Shown here in pieces: positions 25,428-33,254 of a stretch of 39,303 nucleotides of DNA. A program made the translations under genes and the position numbers. The notes beneath the pieces were generated by a model. It searched no databases. It saw only the letters and a program-made list of their open reading frames with translations, and was not told the DNA's origin. Position 1 is the stretch's first letter, and each line of letters begins with the position of its first letter. Source of the stretch: an uncultured Bacilli bacterium (GTDB lineage: Bacteria > Bacillota_I > Bacilli_A > RF39 > UBA660); the NCBI GenBank assembly GCA_944368875.1, contig CALVXF010000042.1, positions 1 through 39,303 of the forward strand. Direction: 5' to 3'.

Positions 25428-27503
25428 ATGCGAAAATACCCTAGTGTTTTGCAACAAGATAGTAAAGATTGTGGTGTTGCTTGCTTGCTTTCAGTTATTG
25501 AATATTATAAAGGTTATATTAAATTAGAAAATTTAAGACAATTATCTAAAACCAATAAAGAAGGAGTGACGGCTTTTAATTTACTTGATTGTGCACGAAA
25601 AGTTGGTTTTGATGGTGACGGCTATAAATGTACAATTGATGATTTAAAAGCCAATAAAGTTGTTTTTCCTGTTATTGCGCATGTTACTATTGATTCAAAA
25701 TTTTCTCATTATATTGTGATTTATGAAATCAATAAAAGAAAAATGATAATTCATGATCCTCAAGTAGGTTTAAAAAAAATAACAATAACTGATTTTTTGA
25801 AAATATGGAATAACGTTATTATAACTTTAATACCAAACAAAATATTACCCATAGAAAAAAACAATTTAAATATGTATAATTTTGTCTTTAATTTATTTAA
25901 ACAAAATAAAAAAGCCTTTAAAGAATTAATTATCTTATCTGTGTTTGCTACTATATCAAGTATTATAACGACTTACTATTTTCAAACCTTAATGGAATCA
26001 GTTAATAAAAACAAACCTTTACTATATCTAACCTTTATATTTATTGTCTATTTGGTCATAACAATTTTTAAATTGCTAACTGGATATCTACGCAACTATG
26101 TTTTAATACTTATTAACAATAAAATAGATCTTTTGTTAACACGAGATACTTTTCAAAAATTAATTTTACTTCCATATCATTATTATCATAGTCATCCAAC
26201 TGGCGACATTATTTCTCGTCTAAGTGATTTAGGTAGTTTAAAAAATACACTTAGTAAAGTATTAGTAACTTTTTTCATTGATACAAGTCTAATGCTTATT
26301 TCTGCCATTTGTCTTTTTTTAATCAGTCCTAAATTAACAATTATAGCTTTTTTAATCATGTCATGTTACTTATTAATATTTAGTTTGTTTAATAAGATTT
26401 ATAAAAAACACATTTATCTTATACAACAAAAGAAAGCTTATTTAACAACTAAAATGGTCGAGAGTATAAGTGGTTTTGCAACCATTAAAAGTTTATTATT
26501 AGAAAAAATAATCTTAAAACAATTTAAAGTCCAACACTATGATTTTGTTAATTCCAATTATCGTTTTGAAAAGATTTATAATATGGAATTAAGTATAAAA
26601 GAAACGATTAGTGAATTAGGAACTTTAATATTATTGTTTGTAGGAATTATTTTAGTAACTAAAGGAGAAATTTCTATTTTTTCTTTGATAACTTATAATA
26701 TGTTGTTTTCTTATTTTATTATGCCAATACGTAACATGATTGATACTAATGTGAGTATCAAAGAAAGTAAAAATGCTTTAGAGCGCATCTATGACATAAT
26801 TGCCGAAGATACAAATAAAGCTAGTTTAAAGTTAAGTAGTGGACAAATTGTTTTTAAAAATATCGTCTTTGCTTATGACAATATAAATGTGTTAAATAAT
26901 ATCAACTTACAAATAAATGGTTTTGAAAATATTGTTATCGCTGGTAATAGTGGAAGTGGTAAAAGTACTTTATTTAAGTTACTTTTAAAATATTATAATG
27001 TTAAGCGAGGAATGATAGAAATTGATAATAAAGATATTAATGATTTAGATGCCTATGATATTAGAAATTATATTACTTATATTTCACAAAATGAAGTTCT
27101 TTTTACAGACACATTAAAAAATAATATTCTATTAGATAGGCAGATAAACGAAGATGATTTCTTAAAAGTTGTTTCTGTAACCCAAATCGATAAAATAATT
27201 TCAAAAAGTACATTAGGATATAATATGCTTATTGAAGAAAACGGTTTTAATTTAAGTGGTGGTGAAAAACAAAGAATTTTTTTAGCAAGGTGCCTCCTTT
27301 CAAATGCCAAATATATAGTAATTGATGAAGCTATGAGTGCAATGGATATTAGTATGGAAAGAAAAATCTTGAAAGATATTATTGCTAATTATGATAAATC
27401 AATTATTATGATTACGCATCGCTTAGATAATACTGATTTATTTGATAGGCAGATTGTATTAGAAAGAGGGAATATTGTAAGTGATGTTCGAAAGTGCATA
27501 TGA
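25428..27503 (+). CDS. Bacteriocin-processing ABC exporter with an N-terminal C39 peptidase domain
   Basis: RBS aggagg sits 7 nt before ATG 25428. The C39 triad context is QQDSKDCGVACLL, SHYIVIYEI and IIHDP. Six TM segments follow. Walker A is GNSGSGKST, the signature is LSGGEKQRIFLARCLL and Walker B is IVIDEAMSAMD. Confidence 0.9.
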   Translation: MRKYPSVLQQDSKDCGVACLLSVIEYYKGYIKLENLRQLSKTNKEGVTAFNLLDCARKVGFDGDGYKCTIDDLKANKVVFPVIAHVTIDSKFSHYIVIYEINKRKMIIHDPQVGLKKITITDFLKIWNNVIITLIPNKILPIEKNNLNMYNFVFNLFKQNKKAFKELIILSVFATISSIITTYYFQTLMESVNKNKPLLYLTFIFIVYLVITIFKLLTGYLRNYVLILINNKIDLLLTRDTFQKLILLPYHYYHSHPTGDIISRLSDLGSLKNTLSKVLVTFFIDTSLMLISAICLFLISPKLTIIAFLIMSCYLLIFSLFNKIYKKHIYLIQQKKAYLTTKMVESISGFATIKSLLLEKIILKQFKVQHYDFVNSNYRFEKIYNMELSIKETISELGTLILLFVGIILVTKGEISIFSLITYNMLFSYFIMPIRNMIDTNVSIKESKNALERIYDIIAEDTNKASLKLSSGQIVFKNIVFAYDNINVLNNINLQINGFENIVIAGNSGSGKSTLFKLLLKYYNVKRGMIEIDNKDINDLDAYDIRNYITYISQNEVLFTDTLKNNILLDRQINEDDFLKVVSVTQIDKIISKSTLGYNMLIEENGFNLSGGEKQRIFLARCLLSNAKYIVIDEAMSAMDISMERKILKDIIANYDKSIIMITHRLDNTDLFDRQIVLERGNIVSDVRKCI

Positions 27504-27912
27504 AATAGAAAACAAGCGAATTTTTTATTGTTTAAAATTGGCGTGTTTTTTAATTACTATAGTTTTTCTCTTTACTTATTTTTATAAATATCCTAAAACC
27601 TTTTATTATGAAGGTTTAACAATTGAAAAGGATGGTGATATATATCTTCGGGTACTATCTCAAGATGCTCAGAAATTTACTAATGATTATATGAAATTAA
27701 TAATTGATGAAAAATATTATGATTATGAAGTGGCATTTGTAGATGTTATAGATATAAATAATCGTATATATTATTATGTCAATTTAAAAATTGATAAAGA
27801 AATAGCTAAAAATACTAATGTGAAAATGAATATATATTTGGGGCAGACAACAATATTTAAAGAAATCAAGAAAAATCTAAAGAAAGGAATAACTTATGGT
27901 CAAACTAAATGA
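27481..27912 (+). CDS. Short membrane-anchored bacteriocin-export accessory protein (HlyD/ComB-like remnant?)
   Basis: It overlaps the ABC gene end, with a probable start at ATG 27484. One N-terminal TM segment (CLKLACFLITIVFLFTYF) is followed by a beta-rich region of about 100 aa. Its position is that of LcnD/ComB-type accessory genes, but it is only 143 aa. Confidence 0.5.
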   Translation: MMFESAYEIENKRIFYCLKLACFLITIVFLFTYFYKYPKTFYYEGLTIEKDGDIYLRVLSQDAQKFTNDYMKLIIDEKYYDYEVAFVDVIDINNRIYYYVNLKIDKEIAKNTNVKMNIYLGQTTIFKEIKKNLKKGITYGQTK

Positions 27913-28039
27913 AAATGAATTATTAAAAATCAATGGTGGTGGCCTTTCCTTTGGGATAGGTTGTCTTATAGTTGGACTGGTTGTATTTATAATTGGTGTA
28001 ATTGATGGTTATGTTAGACCACTTAAGTGTAATAGTTAA
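27896..28039 (+). CDS. Double-glycine leader bacteriocin precursor peptide 1 (47 aa; not in the ORF track)
   Basis: RBS aaagga precedes ATG 27896. The leader is MVKLNENELLKINGG and the core is GLSFGIGCLIVGLVVFIIGVIDGYVRPLKCNS, which is hydrophobic with GxxxG motifs and 2 Cys. The stop TAA is at 28037-28039. Confidence 0.62.
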   Translation: MVKLNENELLKINGGGLSFGIGCLIVGLVVFIIGVIDGYVRPLKCNS

Positions 28040-28040
28040 G

Positions 28041-28208
28041 ATGATTGTTTTACATGATGAAGAGTTATTAAAAATAGTTGGTGGTATTAATCTAACTGCA
28101 TCTTTTTTAAGCGCTATTGTTCGCGGTGTTGGCTTAATTTATGAAATTGGGCAATCTGTGGGAACGGCGTTAAGACGAATGCGTAGTGGTAAGATATGTC
28201 CCGTTTAA
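28041..28208 (+). CDS. Double-glycine leader bacteriocin precursor peptide 2 (55 aa)
   Basis: ATG 28041 lies 1 nt after the peptide 1 stop. The leader is MIVLHDEELLKIVGG and the core is INLTASFLSAIVRGVGLIYEIGQSVGTALRRMRSGKICPV. Track ORF 28002..28208 is a 5' over-extension in the same frame. Confidence 0.65.
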   Translation: MIVLHDEELLKIVGGINLTASFLSAIVRGVGLIYEIGQSVGTALRRMRSGKICPV

Positions 28209-28351
28209 TTGTTTATTTTGAAAAATATAAAAAATATTTTTATGCAATATTATTTGCCGCAATTTTACCATTGATTTTTATTCTAACCGAAATAGTTTTT
28301 AACAGTGGGAGAATTATTGGAACTCTGATTAGAACTTATAGTGGATGTTAA
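28196..28351 (+). CDS. Putative bacteriocin immunity peptide (51 aa, one TM; not in the ORF track)
   Basis: ATG 28196 overlaps the end of peptide 2. The product is MSRLIVYFEKYKKYFYAILFAAILPLIFILTEIVFNSGRIIGTLIRTYSGC. It has no GG leader and is the last gene before the terminator. Confidence 0.4.
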   Translation: MSRLIVYFEKYKKYFYAILFAAILPLIFILTEIVFNSGRIIGTLIRTYSGC

Positions 28352-28352
28352 A

Positions 28353-28375
28353 TAAGGCTTTTTAGCCTTATTTTT
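28353..28375 (+). terminator. Terminator of the bacteriocin operon
   Basis: taaggct-tttt-agcctta stem followed by ttttt. Confidence 0.7.
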
Positions 28376-28397
28376 GTCGAAATATATAAGTTTATTC

Positions 28398-28426
28398 TTG
28401 AAATGCTTATATTAAAGTGTTATAAT
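28398..28426 (+). promoter_or_regulatory. Sigma-A promoter of rpsU (TTGAAA-17 nt-TATAAT with an extended TG)
   Basis: ttgaaa is at 28398-28403, the spacer is 17 nt and ends in tgt, and tataat is at 28421-28426. Confidence 0.65.
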
Positions 28427-28456
28427 ACCATTAGCCAAAGAGGGGAGGGAAATGAA

Positions 28457-28660
28457 ATGCCAAAAGTTGTAGTGCGTAATGGCAATGTAGATGGTGCTCT
28501 TAGAACATTAAAACAAAAAAATGTTAAAGATGGCTCCCTAAAAAAGGCTCGTGAAAGACAAGAAGGCTATTTAAAGCCAGGAGTAAAAAGAAGATTAGAT
28601 AAAAAAGAAGCCATTAAAAATAGTCGTCGTAATAATAAACGCGAAAGAAATTATAATTAA
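28457..28660 (+). CDS. rpsU: 30S ribosomal protein S21
   Basis: RBS gaggggaggg is followed by ATG 28457. MPKVVVRNGNVDGALRTLKQK...RRLDKKEAIKNSRR is typical of S21. The track start at 28403 is an over-extension. Confidence 0.9.
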   Translation: MPKVVVRNGNVDGALRTLKQKNVKDGSLKKARERQEGYLKPGVKRRLDKKEAIKNSRRNNKRERNYN

Positions 28661-28701
28661 TAAGAGCCGTTTTGGCTCTTTAATAGTATGGAGGGAATAA
28701 T

Positions 28702-29139
28702 ATGCGAAAGAAAATATTAAATGATTTAGTTGCTGCTATGAAAAACAAAGATAAGGAAAAACTAGGAGTTTTACGTATGGTCAAAGGAGCCATGCAATTA
28801 GAAGAAATAAATAAAAAACGTGAACTTAATGACGATGAAGTAATTAGTGTTATTGCTAAACAAATTAAAACTCGTAAAGAATCAATAGTTGAATTTGAAA
28901 AAGCTAATCGTCAAGAATTAATTACTCAAACGCAATTAGAAATTGATATTTTAAACTCATATATGCCTGAACAAATGAGTGAGGAAAAGATAAATAAAGT
29001 TATTGTGGAAGTATTTAGTAAAGTGCAACCAGAAAGTATTAAAGATTTGGGTAAAGTTATGAAAGAAATTACACCACTTGTCAAGGGTAAAGCTGATATG
29101 AGTTTAGTTAATAAACTTATTAAAGAAAAATTAAATTAA
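28702..29139 (+). CDS. yqeY: GatB/YqeY-domain protein
   Basis: LRMVKGAMQLEEINK.....DDEVISVIAKQIKTRKESI.EFEKANR.ELI and KDLGKVMKEI match the family. Synteny matches rpsU-yqeY in Bacillus. Confidence 0.8.
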   Translation: MRKKILNDLVAAMKNKDKEKLGVLRMVKGAMQLEEINKKRELNDDEVISVIAKQIKTRKESIVEFEKANRQELITQTQLEIDILNSYMPEQMSEEKINKVIVEVFSKVQPESIKDLGKVMKEITPLVKGKADMSLVNKLIKEKLN

Positions 29140-29163
29140 GACTTGTATTTAAGGGATGTATTT

Positions 29164-29799
29164 ATGAAAGAAAAATATAATTTATATTTAAATAATGACC
29201 ATCATTTTGATAAATTGACGATGCTTGGAATATTTTGTTTAATTATAGTTATAACTGGTATTTTTGGTTTTATTTATGAAGTTATCTTTTATTATTTTAA
29301 TAGCGGGATGAAGATGGTTTATTGGCGTGGTGGTAATTTTTTACCTTGGATTAATATTTATGCGATAGGTTCAATTATGCTTTATTTTTTGACATACAAA
29401 CATCGTAAAAAACCAATTAAAGTTTTTTTACTCAGTTTTGTTGCCTGTGGTATTTTAGAGTATCTAGCAGGCTTGGGAATGTATGTTTTAGCAGATGGTT
29501 TTAGATGTTGGGATTACAATACTGAAATATGGAATTTTGGTAATATCCATGGCTTTGTTTGTCTTAGAAGTGTAACTTTTTTTGGCTTGTCAGCTTTATT
29601 ATTAATTTATTTTATCGTTCCTTTATGCTTTTTATTAGCTAAATCAATGCCTAGAAAACTATTTTTGTTTATGAGTATAGGAATTTGCAGTATTTTTATT
29701 ATTGATGAACTATATAATTTAGTTTTTGCACGTCTATTAGACTGGCCTCGTGCTAGTGATATTTATAAAAAAATAGGATTTAAATATATGGAATTTTAA
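29164..29799 (+). CDS. Multi-pass membrane protein (possibly DUF1113 / 'putative ABC-transporter type IV'-like)
   Basis: About 5-6 TM segments. The GFIYEVIFYY...W.GGNFLPW..IYAIG pattern is reminiscent of that family. ATG 29164 is preferred over TTG 29143. Confidence 0.45.
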   Translation: MKEKYNLYLNNDHHFDKLTMLGIFCLIIVITGIFGFIYEVIFYYFNSGMKMVYWRGGNFLPWINIYAIGSIMLYFLTYKHRKKPIKVFLLSFVACGILEYLAGLGMYVLADGFRCWDYNTEIWNFGNIHGFVCLRSVTFFGLSALLLIYFIVPLCFLLAKSMPRKLFLFMSIGICSIFIIDELYNLVFARLLDWPRASDIYKKIGFKYMEF

Positions 29800-29837
29800 A
29801 AAGGAAGAAAATATTCTTTCTTTTTTCATATATTTAA

Positions 29838-30440
29838 TTGGTGATAATAGTGATTGGTATTGTTTCAAGAAAAGATTATACGCCTACTAAAAAGGAAGCT
29901 TATGTTGTATATAGTGCAATTAATGATGTTATCAAAAACTATCATGAAATTGGGATAGGTATTTTACCTAATAACTTTTTAGAAATTACTAATGTTTTAA
30001 ATTTATGTGATGGTGTGATTTTACAAGGTGGAGATGATTTCACTAACTTAGATTTAGATATAGTAGCTTATTTACATAAGCATAACATTCCAACTTTGGG
30101 TATTTGTCTAGGCATGCAAACGATGGCATATTTATTTAATGGTAGTCTAATTCGTGTTTCTAATCACGACAATAATAATCACCAAGTAATAATTAAAAAT
30201 AGTAAAATTTATCAAGATCGCATTATTAATGTCAATAGTCGCCATCACGATGGCGTTTTAAAAACAGATTTAAATATTGTTGGAAGAGCATCTGATGGAA
30301 CAATTGAAATGATAGAAGATTCCATTAAAGATTTTTTCGTTGGTGTATTGTGGCATCCCGAAAATATCTTTGATGATAAAGATGCAAAAGAACTTTTTGA
30401 CAAATTTTTCGATGCTGTTAAAAGTCATAAAAAGGAATAA
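29838..30440 (+). CDS. Class I glutamine amidotransferase / peptidase C26 (gamma-glutamyl hydrolase-like)
   Basis: The nucleophile context is LGICLGMQ and the His-Glu context is LWHPE. The true start is probably GTG 29841 or 29850. Confidence 0.72.
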   Translation: MVIIVIGIVSRKDYTPTKKEAYVVYSAINDVIKNYHEIGIGILPNNFLEITNVLNLCDGVILQGGDDFTNLDLDIVAYLHKHNIPTLGICLGMQTMAYLFNGSLIRVSNHDNNNHQVIIKNSKIYQDRIINVNSRHHDGVLKTDLNIVGRASDGTIEMIEDSIKDFFVGVLWHPENIFDDKDAKELFDKFFDAVKSHKKE

Positions 30441-30447
30441 AAATTGC

Positions 30448-30476
30448 TTGTTTTCCATTAAAATATATGTTATATT
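30448..30476 (+). promoter_or_regulatory. Candidate rpsB promoter (TTGTTT-17 nt-TATATT, extended TG)
   Basis: ttgttt is at 30448-30453 and tgt-tatatt ends at 30476. This leaves a leader of about 100 nt before ATG 30583. Confidence 0.4.
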
Positions 30477-30582
30477 ATTAATGGCTTTTTCAAATACACA
30501 TAACGAGGGCTTATTTGTCTAGTGCCAATTGGTGATGAATAAGATCAAATCGTTAGAGGAAAAAAACAAAAGGAGGAAAATT

Positions 30583-31611
30583 ATGGCTGTAGTAGCAATG
30601 AGTTATTTACTTGAAGCTGGTGTTCATTTTGGACATCAAACAAAAAGATGGAATCCTAAGATGAAAGAATATATTTTCACTGCTAGAGATGAAATCTATA
30701 TTATCGATTTACAAAAAACAGCAAAAATGATTGATGAAGCTTATGAAGCTTTAAAAGAAATTGCTGCAAATGGTGGTAAAGTTCTATTTGTTGGAACAAG
30801 AAAGCAAGCTCAAGAAGCAATCAAAGAAGAAGCGTTGAGAAGTGAATCTTACTACGTTACTGAAAGATGGCTTGGAGGGACATTAACAAATTTTAAAACT
30901 ATTAGAAGAAGAGTTAAACGTTTAGAAGAAATTGAAAAAATGGAAAAAGATGGAATATTTGATCTTCTACCAAAAAAAGAAGTTATTGGTTTAAGAAAAG
31001 AATATGAAAAACTAAATAAAGTTTTAGCAGGTATTCGTGAAATGACAAAATTACCTAATGCTTTATTTATTGTTGATCCATCAAAAGAAGCTAATGCAAT
31101 CAACGAAGCTCGTATTCTAGGCATTCCAGTATTTGGAATTGTTGATACTAACTGTGATCCTGATATGGTAGATTATGTTATACCTGGTAATGATGATGCA
31201 ATTCGTGCAGTTAAATTAATTACAAGTGTTATGGCAAACGCTATTGTTGAAGCTAATGGTGGTAAAGTTATAGATTATGTTACTGAAGAAGCAAAAGCTG
31301 AAAATACCAAAGATATTATGGAACAAGCTTTAGAAACAGTAAAAAAGAAAGAAAATAAAAAACCAGCATTAAAAAAAGCAAATGATAATAATAAAAAACC
31401 ATTAAAAAAAGTAGAAAAGAAAGAAATAACTGAAGAACAAGAAAAAGAAGCCGTTGTTGTCGAAGAAAAAGTTGTTAATGAAGAAAAAGCTAGTGAATCT
31501 AAAGATTTAACTAAATTAACAGTTGCTGAACTTCGTGAAATGGCTAAAGCCCAAGGGGTTAAAGGTTCAAGTACGATGAAAAAAGCTGAATTAATTGAAG
31601 CTTTAAAATAA
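30583..31611 (+). CDS. rpsB: 30S ribosomal protein S2 with a long C-terminal extension
   Basis: RBS aaaggagg is followed by ATG 30583. [27 protein letters not shown] and the canonical core run to about aa 225. A Lys/Glu-rich tail follows and ends in [34 protein letters not shown]. Total length is 342 aa. Confidence 0.9.
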   Translation: MAVVAMSYLLEAGVHFGHQTKRWNPKMKEYIFTARDEIYIIDLQKTAKMIDEAYEALKEIAANGGKVLFVGTRKQAQEAIKEEALRSESYYVTERWLGGTLTNFKTIRRRVKRLEEIEKMEKDGIFDLLPKKEVIGLRKEYEKLNKVLAGIREMTKLPNALFIVDPSKEANAINEARILGIPVFGIVDTNCDPDMVDYVIPGNDDAIRAVKLITSVMANAIVEANGGKVIDYVTEEAKAENTKDIMEQALETVKKKENKKPALKKANDNNKKPLKKVEKKEITEEQEKEAVVVEEKVVNEEKASESKDLTKLTVAELREMAKAQGVKGSSTMKKAELIEALK

Positions 31612-31619
31612 AACTACAA

Positions 31620-31647
31620 AAGATGATTTTTTATTAATCATCTTTTT
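31620..31647 (+). terminator. Hairpin between rpsB and tsf (terminator or attenuator)
   Basis: aagatgatt-(7 nt)-aatcatctt forms a 9-bp stem followed by a short T-run. Confidence 0.5.
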
Positions 31648-31671
31648 ATATATTTAAGAAAGGGAGAATTT

Positions 31672-32547
31672 ATGATAAGTGCTAGTTTAGTAAAAGAATT
31701 AAGAGAAAAAACAGGTGCTGGAATGCTTGATTACAAAAAAGCCCTAGAAGCATGTAATGCTGATATCGAAAAAGCAGTTGATTGGTTGAGAGAAAAAGGT
31801 ATTTCCAAAGCTGCTAAGAAAGCAGATCGTATTGCAGCTGAAGGACTTGCTGCTATTGTAGTAGATGAAAATAAAGCAGCAATAGTAGAAGTAAATTCAG
31901 AAACTGATTTTGTTGCTAAAAATAGTGAATTTACTAGTATGGTAGATGAAATATTAAAAGCAATAATTAATAATGATGTAAAAACTAATGAAGATGTTTT
32001 AAATCTTTCTTCTAGCGAAGGAACAATTAATGATTTAATCGTTAATAAAACAGCTAAGATTGGTGAAAAATTATCTTTCCGCCGTTTTACAAAAGTTGAA
32101 AAGAAAGATAATGAAGTATTTGGTTCATACATTCATATGGGTGGAAAAATCGCTGTTTTAGTTACATTAGAAGGAGCAAATGAGGAAGTAGCAAAAGATG
32201 TAGCTATGCATGCAGCCGCAATGCGTCCTATGTATACTAAAGAAAGTGATGTTCCAACTGATGTATTAGAACACGAAAAAAATGTTATGCGTGAACAATT
32301 ACTTAATGAAGGAAAACCTGCTGATAGAATCGATACTATTTTACAAGGTAAAGTTAAAAAATACTATGAAGAAGTATGTTTAGAAAACCAAATCTTTGTT
32401 AAAGCAGAAAACAAAGAAACAGTTGCTAAATTTGTTGCTAATAATGGTGGTAAAGTGGTATCTATGATTCGTTATGAAGTTGGCGAAGGTATGGAAAAAA
32501 GAGTAGAAGATTTTGCAGCAGAAGTTGCTAAACAAATGAATCAATAA
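31672..32547 (+). CDS. tsf: Translation elongation factor Ts
   Basis: The UBA-like N-terminus is LVKELREKTGAGMLDYKKALEACNADIEKAVDWLREKG. ETDFVAKN is present. Length is 291 aa. Confidence 0.92.
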   Translation: MISASLVKELREKTGAGMLDYKKALEACNADIEKAVDWLREKGISKAAKKADRIAAEGLAAIVVDENKAAIVEVNSETDFVAKNSEFTSMVDEILKAIINNDVKTNEDVLNLSSSEGTINDLIVNKTAKIGEKLSFRRFTKVEKKDNEVFGSYIHMGGKIAVLVTLEGANEEVAKDVAMHAAAMRPMYTKESDVPTDVLEHEKNVMREQLLNEGKPADRIDTILQGKVKKYYEEVCLENQIFVKAENKETVAKFVANNGGKVVSMIRYEVGEGMEKRVEDFAAEVAKQMNQ

Positions 32548-32554
32548 TAAAAAG

Positions 32555-32578
32555 ACTATGCTAAATTCCTAGCATAGT
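32555..32578. terminator. Bidirectional terminator between the convergent tsf and yigZ-family genes
   Basis: actatgcta-aattcc-tagcatagt forms a 9-bp stem that overlaps the last codons of the minus-strand gene. Confidence 0.65.
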
Positions 32579-33145
32579 TTCTTTTAATTCTTTAGATATA
32601 ATATGTTTATTAAGCTCATCTGCAATATTCAAGTATTCATCCTTAGGTATTGAGAAAGTATAAGTAACATTTAAATCATATTGTTTAATCGGTTCATATT
32701 TTTTTAAAAGATAATCTAAATATTTAGTGTTTTCATAAGTAGTAGTTATCGTTAACTTATAGCCTTCAATAAGTGATATTAAAGTTATCCTATCTAAAGA
32801 GGTAGTAACGGCTTTACTATAAGCTCTAACTAAGCCACCTGCACCTAATTTAATACCACCAAAATATCTTATGACAACACATAAAATATGATTTAAATCG
32901 TTTTGTTCTAGAACATTTAAAATAGGTAATCCAGCGGTGCCACTAGGTTCACCATCATCACTACATTTTTTATAATTATCTAAAATATAAGCGTAACAAT
33001 AATGTGTTGCGTCTTTATATTCTCTTTTTATTTCATCTAATTTAGTGCTTACTTGTTCTAAACTATCTATTCTAGTTAAAACGCAATAGAACTTAGATTT
33101 TTGAATTTCGTATAGCGTTTTAACTTCTTTTTTGATTGACAACAT
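32561..33145 (-). CDS. YigZ / IMPACT-family protein (UPF0029)
   Basis: KSKFYCVL...ATHYCYAY...DDGEPSGTAGLPIL..L......VVIRYFGGIKLGAGGLVRAY is the family signature. Confidence 0.8.
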   Translation of the reverse strand: MLSIKKEVKTLYEIQKSKFYCVLTRIDSLEQVSTKLDEIKREYKDATHYCYAYILDNYKKCSDDGEPSGTAGLPILNVLEQNDLNHILCVVIRYFGGIKLGAGGLVRAYSKAVTTSLDRITLISLIEGYKLTITTTYENTKYLDYLLKKYEPIKQYDLNVTYTFSIPKDEYLNIADELNKHIISKELKETMLGI

Positions 33146-33254
33146 AAAATCACCAATCTTATTATAGCGTAGTTTTGCTTTTTTTTAAATAAGTATAATA
33201 GGAGAAATATATTTTAATAAATCATGATATAATATTATTGTTTGGAGGTGTCAT

